A stretch of DNA of 63,871 nucleotides, counting the filler, from Saprolegnia diclina VS20 (Eukaryota): assembly GCF_000281045.1 (NCBI RefSeq). It is 3 parts of 2 records of this genome, joined end to end, with 100 filler letters (N's around TTAATTAATTAA, not from the genome) between each part and the next. Parts side by side here need not be neighbours in the genome. Positions count along the whole stretch, not along the records: positions 25,940 to 50,407 come from NW_008246152.1; positions 50,508 to 63,871 come from NW_008246153.1; 1 more part is not named here. One strand, 5' to 3'. The first letter of the stretch is position 1. Each line of letters opens with the position of its first letter. This document shows, piece after piece, positions 48,677-60,621 of the stretch. The notes below the pieces were generated by a model. It ran no database searches. It had not been told where the DNA came from and saw only the letters and a list, made by a program, of their open reading frames with translations. The translations under genes were made by a program, and so were the position numbers.

Positions 48677-49720
48677 GGCAAAAGACCTGGCTTGTTTTTG
48701 CAGCGCTTGACGACGGCGCTGGTCCATGCTACCATCGGCCGGGCGGAGAGTGACTGCAAGGACATGGACGACGACGACGAGGCAGCGCATCCTCTCGTCG
48801 ATGGACGTCCATCGAGGTACGAGCGGCCGTCATTGCAGTGTCTGCAGCGTATGGCAATGGCGCCTCAGACCACATAGCGATCACGTTGAAGCGAGCGGCA
48901 AGTCGGTGACAGCACGTTCAAGTGGTTTCGCTGCATAGCAACACGCATGGCGTCAGCGATCGACAGAGAGGAAGCGACTGCGCCCTTTGGTACTCGTAGA
49001 TCGCGAACGGTGGTGGGCGAAACGCTGCGTAGCCACGTGGGCGAGAGCTGATGCCATACGACTAGTGTTATGCGTTTGCTGCTGCAACAAAGCGCTATGG
49101 CCTTGGGGTCTACCAAGGGTCCAAGCATTGGATCCACGTAGCAGCTCGTTTCCATGCTTCGTCGTCGTCCAAACGAGTGTGTTTATGGTGTTTACGCAGG
49201 CGAATTGTGGTGTCGACCCACATGTCCCGCAACCTACAGTCGTGTCTATACAGGCGCGGAGCTTGACACGAAGAAGACTGCCAGGACCAGTCCAAAGCGC
49301 ATTGCAAATGGCACAGCAACCACAAGTACCAGCGAGGAGCTTGTGACCAAGCAAGTAATACAGGTAGTCCCTTGCTCGCGCCTTCGTGGGAGTGAGAAGT
49401 AATCGGGTTGCATCGTCGTCCATGCGGCAAGTCTATTGCCGCTCGACTTGTCCCGGTACTGCGACCTACGGTGGCAACGAGGTGGAGTCATTTTGAAAAC
49501 AATAAGGATTGAGCGCGGCCCCAGCTTTACGTACACGTAGCTCACCAGTGTCTACTGTGCTCGACTTTGAAGCCAGCAGCTTCCCTCTCTGACGAAAGCG
49601 AAGCGATAGCGCAGGCCGGCACACTGGTCTCGCGGCGCCACGAGATGCGCACCAGAACGAAGTGATCGTACCACTAGCACTAGGATTTACAAGTGTACTA
49701 GTATTGGTTTAGTAAGCTGA

Positions 49721-50407
49721 CTAGGGATCGGTAGGAAAGCACGGCGTCATCTTGAGGTCTGGGAACGCGTCCATGCCGTTCATGGCCTTGAGAAACGGTG
49801 CGTTCACCGAGCGCCAGTCCTTGTTGAGGAGACCTTCAATGTAGTTGCCCGGCGTGTCCATCGGGTTGTACTGGTACGCGGACTCGGGGTTGAGACACCA
49901 CATATACCCCCCGGCATAGCTCTCGCTCACCATGGTCTTGATCGTGTACTCGGAGCAGCGCTGGGTCGTCTTCTTCGGGTGCAGATCCTGCGTGTAGAGG
50001 CCGCCAAACTCGCCAAGGACCACCGCGGGCCCCTTGCCGTCGTTGAGGTAGCCAAACATGTGGTGCATGGTCTTCCCGACGCGGCCCAAGAGCTTCTCGT
50101 CGTCGAGCTCCGTGTAGTTGGTGATTGCGTTGTTCGGAAGCGTCTTGCCGCCGCCCACGAGGTAAATTTGCGGAAACACCGCCGGGTTGTAGTAGTGCGG
50201 CGCGTACACGAGCTTGTTGGCGGTCGGAAGGACGACCGGGTAGTCGCCGGCCTTTTGGAGGCCGCCGCCATACCAGTCGTAGTAGCCAAATTCTTGACCG
50301 TCGAGCACGACCGTGTGCTGGGCGTTGACGCCTTCGACAAAGACGAGCCACTTCGGACAGCCCTTGAGAATGCGCGCGCCAATGAGCTCGGCGCCGAGCT
50401 TGAAGTC
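49721..50407 (-). CDS. Glycoside hydrolase family 5 endoglucanase, C-terminal part (5' end lost in the gap)
   Basis: CPKWLVFVEG, DWYGGGLQ, NKLVYAPHYY, nucleophile VVLGEFGG, YMWCLNPES. Confidence 0.92.
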   Translation of the reverse strand, partial: DFKLGAELIGARILKGCPKWLVFVEGVNAQHTVVLDGQEFGYYDWYGGGLQKAGDYPVVLPTANKLVYAPHYYNPAVFPQIYLVGGGKTLPNNAITNYTELDDEKLLGRVGKTMHHMFGYLNDGKGPAVVLGEFGGLYTQDLHPKKTTQRCSEYTIKTMVSESYAGGYMWCLNPESAYQYNPMDTPGNYIEGLLNKDWRSVNAPFLKAMNGMDAFPDLKMTPCFPTDP

Positions 50408-50507
50408 NNNNNNNNNNNNNNNNNNNNNNNNNNNNNNNNNNNNNNNNNNNNTTAATTAATTAANNNNNNNNNNNNNNNNNNNNNNNNNNNNNNNNNNNNN
50501 NNNNNNN
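50408..50507. other. Assembly gap with artificial six-frame-stop linker
   Basis: N44-TTAATTAATTAA-N44, exactly 100 bp. Confidence 0.98.
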
Positions 50508-50727
50508 CGTTAGTTCTGGCATCTCACATTTGGAACTCGTGCTTGCACGAGAGTGTGCCACGAGGCTCGTATCCGGATGCATTGTGGAGCGCATTCCTCG
50601 ACTCATTCCCAGAGGAGATCCCGGTCAAGCGGTTGCAGCTAAAACCTTGATGCCAGGTTCTCCCGCCCACTTGTCACCACCCAAGACTTCATTTCGGGGT
50701 TTTCATTGAACCACCGATAAGATAGGA

Positions 50728-51339
50728 ATGCGTCAAACAGCCATTTTGCTCGTCGCCGCCGCTCTCGCAGTCTGCGGCCATGACCGTTGTGGCGGTACGC
50801 CGACCATGACCCCGACACCGACGCCGACGCCGACGCCGACGCCGGTACCCATGCCTTTTGCCGATGGCGCCCACGTCAACATATTTGCGGACAACGCCGC
50901 TGGGTTGAACGGGTGGGCTAACATTGTACCGGGCGCGCTCTTTACAGCATGGGCGATCCCGACCGCCGTTTGCGATCCAGTGAAATTTACCATCAGCACC
51001 GTGCCGGGGGGCATTACGATCAACGTTTACCAGTATCATCTGCAAACGTGCACAACGTGCGCGCCGCTGCCGAACAATGGCCAAGCGATCAGTTTCGACA
51101 CAACCACCGGCTCGGTGTGGACGACAACGACGCTTGACGCTACGCACTTCACTCTTCTCAACGAAGACAAGTTGTGCTTGACACGCTGTCCAGGGTGCAT
51201 CTCCGCTACAGACGCTGGTGACTCGGTCGTGGCGCAGCCGTGCAGCAACTTGCCGACGCAAGTGTGGACCATCACGCCCGCGCTAGAAGGTGCCGAGGCA
51301 AGTGGGAATCGCCATCCCAGTGGCTTAGCACCTCCGTAA
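50728..51339 (+). CDS. Small secreted protein with (PT)n stalk and Cys-containing beta-trefoil/ricin-B-like C-terminus
   Basis: Signal peptide MRQTAILLVAAALAVCG; TPTPTP repeat; LCLTRCPGC...VVAQPC..PTQVWT (QxW). Confidence 0.7.
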   Translation: MRQTAILLVAAALAVCGHDRCGGTPTMTPTPTPTPTPTPVPMPFADGAHVNIFADNAAGLNGWANIVPGALFTAWAIPTAVCDPVKFTISTVPGGITINVYQYHLQTCTTCAPLPNNGQAISFDTTTGSVWTTTTLDATHFTLLNEDKLCLTRCPGCISATDAGDSVVAQPCSNLPTQVWTITPALEGAEASGNRHPSGLAPP

Positions 51340-52038
51340 AAGCCATTTTAACAAAAGATTGCATCATCTTGTACTGTGTGTTCGAAGGATCAGCGAGTCG
51401 TACCGCTGTACGATGGGGACGGTTGAAGTGCTCTTGTTGCATGGGGCGGTTTGCAGAGTCTGCTCGGACGGGCCAGAGTTGAGACGACTCCTTTGGTCGG
51501 CCTTGGATGACTCGAAGTGGACTCGTCCCTGCTCTAATGTCGGCTCGCCGAGCGTGTTCGGGAGCCTGGTGTTTCGATGGAGAACTGAGACGAGGTTCGT
51601 CAGTTCCGACGAGCGCACGAAGAAGATGAAGCTCAAAATCGGAGCCCAGAGGTCGTGGGTGATGCACATGCGAGTTCGTCTTGACTGCCAAAGCTGACTC
51701 TGTCGCCTCGATGAGCTCAATGACGCCAAGAGTTGGAGCAAGCTTGGAGGCAATGATGTTGCGCTCCGCCGTCTCTAAGCTCGACAGCAAATGCAGGGAG
51801 CGTTGATCTCGTCGCTGGGAGCTGATGCACGAGCGGGCCAAGTTGAGCGCATCCTGATGAGTGTGCTTGAGCCGTCGGGTAACCGCGACATCGGATTGTG
51901 GCTCACACCGAGCGCAATCGTCGTACTACCGGCGCTAAGACAGTGGCATCTACATTGCATGTATGAGGCAGCAGTCGCAGCCACAGCGATAGCAAAAAAC
52001 AAATTTTATCAACGAATATGCAGAGCGCCCACAAGAGG

Positions 52039-55000
52039 TTACTGCGGCGCCGTGATGGCCATGAAGCGCTGCTTGACAAGCTCCAAGCACGCGCTGCGCT
52101 CGTCGACGATGAACGCAATATGGTCGATAGTGTCGTCGTCTTCGTGCTGCTACAACGTATTCCATCTAGCAAAGCTCGACGACTGCGACTGTACCTTGAA
52201 GTGGAAGACGACCGAGTTGGGCACCGTGCGGCGCGACGTGATCTTGGTCAAAAGCTTGAGTCGCCGGCGCTCGTCGATGCGACCCCAGCCCGGCCGATCG
52301 ACCTCGGGCTCCACCGACAAGAGGTAGCCTACACGACACCTCAGCTCGCCATCCCTACATAGTCGAGTCTACCGTTGGTGACGACAAGCTCGCACGCGAC
52401 GGCGCTGGCATCTTCGACGAGCTTCTTGGCCGGGAACCACTGAAACTCTTCTTTCGCTTGCTTCATCTCGTCGACGTTGATGACGAGCGGTGGCTCTCGC
52501 CAGATCGGGCGGCCGTCGCTCTCGTCCGGGAGCTGGTCGCTGCTGTTGGTCTTGGTCAAGCGCTGGACAGCGCCGGCCGCTTTCTCCATCCACCCGTTCA
52601 TCGTAAAGAGCTTGGCGGGCTTACTCTCGTCAAGGTCGTCGGGCGAGACGACTTCGGGCGGGGCATCGCCTGTCCGACATGGCGCCGACGTGGCCGTGTA
52701 CGGGCCGTACCCCGTCTCGTACCCCGCTCGGAGTCGCACGACATATGCTGTCCCCGGCGTGAGCTCGGTGAGCACACACGAGTTCTCTGTCGGCACGAGG
52801 TCGCGCGAGATCCAGAGGGCGGCGAGTCGGTTTTTTGAAAACTGAATGCAGTACTTTGTGACACTCGGGTCCAAGAGCGCTTCCCACGACACGACGATCG
52901 TTGTCGCCCCCGTCGCCTGCAGCGTCAGACCCGACGGCGCCGTCGCCATGTGCTTCTCGACGCTCTCGCTGTGGCGCAGCGGCGGCTCCTTGTCCATCGC
53001 GAGCCGCTCGAGGACCGGCGCGCCGTCGGCCGTCGTCTCGAACGCCCACAGGTCCGTGTCTTGGAGTCGCACAAACACGTGCGGGCCGCGCAGAATCTTC
53101 TCGTCGCACTTGATGAGCGACCCTTTCTCCAGCGCCACCGCCTCGGTCGACGCATCGTAGGACGGACCGGCGCGCGCCCGAAGACCGAGGAGGACGCGGT
53201 AGTAGAAGAGACCCGACTCGACCACGTCCGGGCACTCGCCGGCGAGGAAGACGACCACGCTGTTGTGACTCGAGGTACCGTGGCTCGGCGAAGTCTTTGG
53301 GCTCAAGAGCCGGCGCGACGACGCAGTCTCGATCGTCGTCATGGTCACGCTCGGCTCACTGTACGTGCCCCAGTTGGTCGGCGTGCCGCAGCGCACACGT
53401 AAGAGGTACTTCTCGCCCGGCTCGAGACCCACAACGGTGCCACTCACGTCGCTGCTGTGGTCGACAACGCTGCCCGATTGGCTCTTGACGGCCAGCGTGG
53501 CCCACGGATGGAAGCGGTGTTCCGACTGAAGCGCGTACTGCAGCTGGTACCGGGTCGCGCCGGGCACGTGGTCCCAAATGATCGAGAGCGAGTACGGGCC
53601 GTTGCGGAGGAGCAAGGGCGCGTGGGGCGGTACCGAGAGCGCGTCAAGTACATCCAAGAGCCGGGTCGGCGGCGAGCTGAACTGCAGCGTCACGGGCCGC
53701 GGCGCGCGCTGGAGCATCTCCATGACGGCGTGGAAGCGGAGCCCGCGGATATTGGCGCCGTCGATGGTCTCGAGGACGTCGCCACGCTCAAGCAACCCGG
53801 CTGCTTCGGCCTGGCCACGCGGCACGATGCTGTCGACCGTGATTTGCGACCGGTCGACGCCTTTGAAGAGAATGCCGAGCTTCCCGGCCTCGAAATGTAC
53901 GCGCTTCCAGTCGTCGGCCATCGACTTGGACGAGCGGCGGAGGATCTCCTTGCTCTTGACACAGACCTCGACCCACTCGTCGTCGCCGACCATGAGCGCC
54001 GACTGCGTCACGCCGTCGAGCGTCGGCGGCGTCGTCGGCGCCTTTCCAAAGAGCAGCGGCGGCTTCCCGATCGTGCTCTTGAGCCGCTGGAGCGACTGAA
54101 GCGCGGATTGCGTCGGGAGCTTCCCCATCAATCGCTTCGCCTTGACCTTGAGCGATGACGCGCTCGTGTCATCGACGTACTCGCCCACGACAAGTTGTTC
54201 GACGACGCTGTCGTCGAGCGTCGCAAGGAACTCGTCGCGGACTGCGTCGAGGCCGCCGAGTACTTTGCTCACGTGCGCAAAGTTGTGTTGAAGAAACATG
54301 ACAACGAAGCGGGAGATGGCCACGTCATCGACCAGGTCCGGGTCGGTCAACGGCGACAAGGCCGCGGTCTCTGGCTCGCTGCTGCGACTGGCCTTGCTGC
54401 CGACGAAGCAAAAGTGGCAGTCCTTCATGCGGCTAAACCCATCCAAGAGCACGCGGAAGGCTTCGGGGTTGGCCGCGACGTCCGGATCAATGTGGTACGA
54501 AAGGCTGAGGTGAAACTCTTGGAATGCGGGGAATGGGCGGCAGTCGAGGATGATGAGGTTCATGCTCGAGGCCAGCGTGCCCTGGACCTTCTGCGCCATG
54601 TACGACACGAGCTCGGACGGGTGCAGCGTCAAGCACGACGTCGCGCCGATCTGCTTGAGCGCCGAGACGGTCCGGTCCGTGAGCGGGCGATAGCACACCT
54701 ACATACCCGACTAAGATGATTGCTAAGTACATTGGATACAAGCACCGAGAGAATGTCCTTGCGGAACGACGTGGGCGTGACGTGCATGGTCTGCAGCGCC
54801 TTGGCCAAGAGCGACGTTGCGTGCTCGACGCTCGTGATGCTGAGGCTCGTGAGCACCTGCGGCAGCTCGGCGGGGTCGGCGCGCAGCAGCAGCTCGCGCT
54901 TGTCTTGGAGGAGCGCGAGCGCGACAAAATGCAGCAGCGTCGGGTCGTCGTGCAGCAAGACCGCGTCCCATAGCGCAAACACCACGTCGGGCGCCGTGTT

Positions 55001-55901
55001 GCGTGCAAAGAGCGTCATGAACCACGGTGTCACGTACAGCTCGGGCGTCATATCGTGCTCGTCCAAGTAGCTACCTGCACGCAACTTCAGACGTGAGATC
55101 GCAAGCAAGAATTCTCTACGTACAGAGGCGCGGGTCGTGGTAGAGAAGGAGGAGGCGCAGCAGCCGCATGGAGCACTGGAGCGACCGGAACTCGCGGTCC
55201 GAGTAGACGTTGGTGAGGTACTTGTCGATGAACGTGTAGTAGCACTGGTACACGGCGGCCGGCGCGTCGAGGCCAAAGAGGAGGAGGAACGGCGCAAGCA
55301 CTTCGTTCATGCCTTGCTTGTACCGGATCGTTTTGCACTTGCAGTAGTAGGTGAGTACGTGGAGAAGACAGTGTTCGAGGCCCGCCCGATCGTTCTCGTC
55401 AAAGTCCTTGGGCCGCGTCCGAGGCGCGTCCGCGCGGATCACGCGCTGGTTGGCGTCGTCCGCGTCGATCGGCGCAAAGATATCGCACTCGCCCGACTTG
55501 GCGCCGCCCGGCAGCAAGAGCGCTTGCCACACGCGCGCGCGGCGACTGGATGGCACGTGGCCAAGGTCGTGGCACAGCTGCGTGATGATGTACGTATCCG
55601 GGCGCCGGCGGTTGAGCTCCGCGTCGAGCGACCGCATGAGATCGTCGCGTGAGATCGGAGCGTGCGGGTCGTCGAGATGGCTCATCGGTGCGTTGCTCGT
55701 CGACATGCAAGATTGGGTGTCTTTCGCCACCTCTGCGCTTGGCTGCGTCCCACCGTCGTTGGGCTGCGCTTCGCCTGCGCCGCCAGCTGCCTCCATGGGC
55801 GCCTTGGGATCGACCTCCTGCGCCTTGGCATCGACGCCCGATAGCGCTTCCGCGTCGACCATGCACTCGGCCATCGCGCTCGCCTCGGTCTCGCTCGTCA
55901 T
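52039..55901 (-). CDS. TBC1D23-like protein: TBC + rhodanese + PDZ + FN3 + SH3-like + FN3 + C-terminal PH-like domain
   Basis: TBC IRADAPR / YKQGMNEV / WFMTLF; rhodanese IILDCRP..F...HL..S.H; PDZ GKLGILF..G..ERGDVL..IDG; two FN3 units; last exons KITSRRTVPNSVVFHFK...MAITAPQ*. Confidence 0.88.
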
Positions 55902-56103
55902 GGCAAATCCCCGATTCGAAGCCATCTTGCAGTATCCGGATACCAAGATCCCGGTTTCCATTTTTGGCCAGAAAGGCCGACCCGCTTTGGCACTGCTCGA
56001 CGCTCGCCAAGGCTGCAACGTAAGACTGCAGTCCGCAGGACGCTGAAGACGAAGACAGCGCGCTGATGCGAGTCAAGGCGAGGTAGTATATAGTTAAGTG
56101 CGG

Positions 56104-59100
56104 CTAATGACGCTGCGCGAGGTCTTCGACGGTCGCCATCACGTCGTCGATCGTGACGGGCGGGCTGCCGTCCATGGCGCCGTCGCCGTTGAGCAGCTCG
56201 ACGACCTGCGCCATGCGCGCCTTTGGCAAGTCGAGGAAGCTCTCGACGAGGTCGCCGTCGATAAAGTTCTTGGCTTCGCTCACGTGCCGCTTGCTCTCGT
56301 ACATGCGCCAGTCCTTGTGGAGGAGCCCGCCGACGCCCTTGCCCACCTTGTTGATGGCACTCGTGAGCCGCGAGAGAAACGTATACTGCGCCGCATCCAA
56401 TGGCAAGACGACGCCGAGCATGCCGCTGACAGTCCCAAAGAGCGAGCTCGTCGCGCCCGGCGGTTGCATCACGAGCGAGCCGTGCCGGAACCGGTTGACG
56501 AAATCGCCAAGGTGAAACTCGCCCACGCACTCGAGGCGCGCGCGCTCCTCGTCGGTCGTCGCACCGCTCTGTCGCTGGACGCAAAAGAGGTTCAAGTCGG
56601 CCTCCGCCCCGAGCACGTGGTCGTCGTCCAGCATATCGATCGCCGTCATCCAGTTCGAGTTGAGGTCCTTGGCGACTTCCTCGACGCTGCCATCGAGCGC
56701 CTTGTAGTTGAGCAGCGAGACCGACTTCATGAGGTCGCCGACCGCGATAAAGTCGCCGCGCGACTCGAGGAAGAGCACGAGCGTGTGGCCGTGGTGGCCG
56801 CATTCGGCGACGAGCTCCTTCTCGAGGTCGTCCGTGTCGCTCCACTTGTACACTTGGGTCTTGCTGTTGATGCCCGCGAGCAGCTTGTTCTGGAACGCGT
56901 TCAGACAGTAGACCGCGCCCTTGACTTCCTTCTCAGCCACGAGCACGAGCTTGGACGCGACGACCTGGAAGACGAGGATGCGGCCTTGGTGCGGCTCGAG
57001 CTCCTCTTCATGCACGTACGCCGTCCCGACGCAGTAGTAGCGGGACGCGTCGTCGAACGACGCCGACACGATCGCACACCCAATCTCAAACGGATCCAGC
57101 TTGTATGCATGCAGCGTATCGAATGACTGGTCGTCCAGAAGGCGCACGTAGCCGACCTCGACCTCCTCCATGTGCGTCTCGTCCAGCGTGTACTTGATGG
57201 TCGTGACGCCGAGCGTGTGCGACACCGGGTCGTGCGCGAGCCGGCGCGGCCACTCGTGCAGCGGGACGCTCTGCACATGCAGCTTTTGAATGTCGTCGAT
57301 CGTGCCGAGCGTGAGCTCATCCGGCGACGCGAGCGCGAGGCAGTCGGGCAGCGCGGGCGAGTCGAAGGCGCACATGACGCTCACTTCTTTCGCATTCACG
57401 TTGGAAAAGTGGAGCTTGCCGTTGCTGCTGTAGATGACCGTCGGGCGGTCCGAAGCCGCAAACACGTGCAACACGTCCTTGGACCGGAACGCCGACAACA
57501 AGATCGGCTGCGTGCCGAGGCTAATGCGCTTGAGCGGCGCGAGCGACCCGTCGTGCGCAAGCGTAAACACGAGCAGCGTGCCGTCGCCCATGCCCACAAG
57601 CAGATGCGCCACGCTCTCAAAGGCGATTGTGAGCAGCGAGCGCGGCAGCACGTCGCCGCCGAGCAGTTGCTTGGTCTCGAGCGCCAAGCTCGGCAGCGAC
57701 AGCAGCGACACCGAGAGCTCCGACCAGAGACCGACGACGACGCGCGACGCCTTCGGCAGCCGCGTCTCCCAGTGGCGGCCGTCCACGCTCTTCGTGTCGC
57801 TCGTCGGCGGCGAAATGTCGAGACACGCAATCTCGTGGGCCATGCGCGTCTCTGCCACGAGATGCAGCTGCGCGCCGTCGATTTCAAAGTAGATGAGGAC
57901 ACCGCCGGCGATCGCAACGACGGCTTGGGACGGGTTGGCAGCCGCGACCGTGATGCGACCCGGCGCCTTCCACGTCGCAAGGACCGCGCTCGTCGCACAC
58001 GCAATCAGTCGCACGTCAAACTCGGTGACTTGAAGCCACGCATCGCCAAGCACGTTGCGGCAGAGGAGCGTCTTGGACGGGTTCAAGCCCTGGATCTCGT
58101 GCTCGGCGAGCTCAACGTCACCGTCGTCGCCGTCGGTCGAGAACCCCAACACGCGCGTCTCCGACACGAAGCTCTGGACGAGGTACGCGTCTTGGTCGGC
58201 GGCAAACGACATGCGGAGCGCCCACATGCCCTTGATGCCCGGGAGCTCGGTCGCCGCTTGTTCGTTGATGCCAATGCCGTTGCGGATGATGCGAAGGGAC
58301 CCGTCCTTGTACGCGCCGCTGCAGGTCACCACTTGACCTTGGCCTTGGCGGTCGAGGTCCATTACGACAAAGTCGACAATCGGGCCAATGTTGACGTAGG
58401 CGTCGAGCACCTCGAGGTACGAGCCGGTTGTCGTGTCGCGCGCGGGAAGGAGCTTGACGAGCTGCGAGTCGCCGGTCGCGCTGCCGACAAAGACGACGCC
58501 GTTGTCAAGGTACGAGAGCGTCGACGCGATGCTGGTCTCGCCGAGCACTTCAAGCGCAATGCCCGTCACCACGTCCTTGTTGCGCTGCAGAGCGACGACT
58601 TGAAGGAGACCAAACTGGTCGGCCAAGAGGAAGCGCGAGCCATCCCGGTCGACCTGCCCGTACACCTGGATGATCGTGCTCTGCATTGAGATAGCATGGC
58701 ACGTGCTGCCGTTGTGGTACACGATCATCTGCTGGCTCACGATGAGGACGCCGCCCGCGGGCGCCGGCACGGGAATGAGCAAGTTGGCGCTCGACTCGAC
58801 ATGCGACTGGCTCCACGGCCCTTCGGCCAGCTCTCGCTCCTTGGCCAAGACGACGTACGTCTTGACGTGCCGGCCCTTCTGGTCTTCGTACAGCACTGCG
58901 ATCGTGGGCTTGGCGCAGCCAAAGAGAAACTTGACGTCGATGACGCGCAGCTCGTCCATGCGAATGTTGAACGCGTCCGAGAGCTTGCCACTTGCGTCCA
59001 TGGGAATCACTTTAAAGTAGCCTACGAACAATCGTCGGTTGCAGCGACTCGGCACTCGCATCGTACCTTCGTAGAGGTTCATGCCAATGAGGCGGCCTTC

Positions 59101-59527
59101 CGGGTCAATGTTGCCGCTCGTGACGACGTCGCTCATGCGGCCAATCGGGTCGCGAATGTTGCCTTGGGCCCGCGTGACAATGCTCTTGGTCGCCGGATCG
59201 TACGCGAGGACGCAAAACTGGTGCCTACCGCCATGCATTGTACCCTTTTCGCCGACGATAGAGGCCATGGTACCGCTGCGTGCACACAAAGAGGAGGTCC
59301 ACGGGCGACGAGGGCGGGCGAAACACCTCGAGCATCGTGATGCGACCATAGATCGCCACGTCGTGGACGGGCGTGAGCCCTTCGGGCGTAAGCAGGTGGA
59401 TCTCGACGCGCGTGGTCTTGGCAAGCACGAGGTTGACGTCGCTGGCGCCCGTGAAGCGCCCGACGACCGAGTGCGAGACGCTCGTCGGCTTGTGCGCAGT
59501 GACCACGTAGCTCTTCCGGTCGTCCAT
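56104..59527 (-). CDS. DDB1: DNA damage-binding protein 1 (CUL4 adaptor), two 5' introns
   Basis: YVVTAHKPT, YLDNGVVFVGS..GDSQL, DLDRQGQGQVVTCSGAYKDGSLRIIRNGIGI, ASDRPTVIYSSN, GTIDDIQKLH, GDLMKS, FIDGDLVESFLDL. Confidence 0.97.
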
Positions 59528-59810
59528 CCTGCGGCCGCGAATCGCTTTCTTGAGCCAACCGCCAATCCCCAGCCTCGATGCTCCACATACAAAACTGCAG
59601 TGACTTGGCCGCATCCGGATAACACTCATCATATCCGGCGCTCGCGAAATCTTTTGGTGGCGCCACGACGAAGGATCGCGAAGTCGCCGCGCTTTTCGAG
59701 GGAGTTGGCGCCTCGCTTCGGGATTGACGATACCTTGCATGCAACCCACAAGCCCCGCAAGAAAGGAAAAGCCCGCTCTCTATTTATAGCGCGCGGGCTT
59801 GGAGCGCGCC

Positions 59811-60419
59811 ATGAACTTCGACCTCGACCTCAGGATGGACCTCAGCATGGGCCTCAGCATGGACCTCAGCATGGGCCTCAGCATGGACCTCAGCATGGAC
59901 CTCAGCATGGACCTCAGCATGGACCTCGACCTCGACCTCAGCACGGACCCGAGCATGGACCTCTTCTTCGACCCGGCGATGGAGACAATCGACGTCGACC
60001 TCGGCATGGACGTGGCCGACGCCTTTGACGTCCCATCGCCGCGCGAGGCCGTCGCCTGGCCCGCATACGAGGACAACGACGAGAAGCAACTGTCGGTGGA
60101 CGACGTTGAGAAGCAACTGCCAGTGGACGACGACGCGAGCTCGACCGACAGCAGCAGCACCGACGAGCGTCAGACGCAGCGCGGCCGGTGGACGCAGGAC
60201 GAGCACGACCGGTTCCTCACCGGCTACAAACTCTACGGTCGGTCGTGGAAGCTCATCGCGACGCACGTCGTGCCAACCCGGTCCTACACGCAGGTCCGGA
60301 CGCATGCGCAAAAGTACCTCCTAAGTCGGCAGTCGAGCTCCAAGGACCCGCGGAGCCTCCCCAGCTCGCCCCTCCTCCTCTCGCCGGCCCATGGTCGTGT
60401 GTCGTCGGTCGTCGCATGA
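59811..60419 (+). CDS. Single-repeat Myb (SHAQKYF class) transcription factor
   Basis: GRWTQDEHDRFL.G.KLYGRSWKLIA..VVPTRS.TQVRTHAQKY; TATTTATA about 25 nt upstream. Confidence 0.9.
   Translation: MNFDLDLRMDLSMGLSMDLSMGLSMDLSMDLSMDLSMDLDLDLSTDPSMDLFFDPAMETIDVDLGMDVADAFDVPSPREAVAWPAYEDNDEKQLSVDDVEKQLPVDDDASSTDSSSTDERQTQRGRWTQDEHDRFLTGYKLYGRSWKLIATHVVPTRSYTQVRTHAQKYLLSRQSSSKDPRSLPSSPLLLSPAHGRVSSVVA
59835..59927 (+). repeat. Coding minisatellite, 12-bp unit ATGGRCCTCAGC, 7 full copies plus a partial one
   Basis: Encodes M(D/G)LS repeats; flanked by GACCTC hexamer repeats. Confidence 0.95.
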
Positions 60420-60621
60420 GTTGAGATCCAGTGAAGTCGTCTTACATGTTACATCGTCGTCGTTGCCTGCATACGACAGAGCCGAAGCGCGACGAGGTGG
60501 ATCACGTGCAACATGGACATGACTTGGATGTTGCATCATCCATCCGATGATACGGTGAGGAGGAAGGGTACTGTACTTTATTATACGACCAAATATGTTA
60601 GACTTGTTAAATAGGAGCGCC

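Noticed and set aside
48726..49545. Cys-rich and hydrophobic ORF fragments between ERG3 and GH5
   Set aside because: Possibly a decayed gene, but no family or exon structure could be supported.
51272..52002. 189-aa minus-strand and 178-aa plus-strand ORFs downstream of the TBC gene
   Set aside because: Weak codon bias, no convincing start and no recognisable motif.
56098..58689. Long plus-strand ORFs opposite DDB1 (likewise opposite thiolase, Kazal, DNA2 and the zinc-finger gene)
   Set aside because: Antisense shadows expected from strong GC3 codon bias; no independent motifs.
59835..59927. Regular direct repeats as a CRISPR array
   Set aside because: Contiguous 12-bp units with no spacers, inside a eukaryotic CDS.
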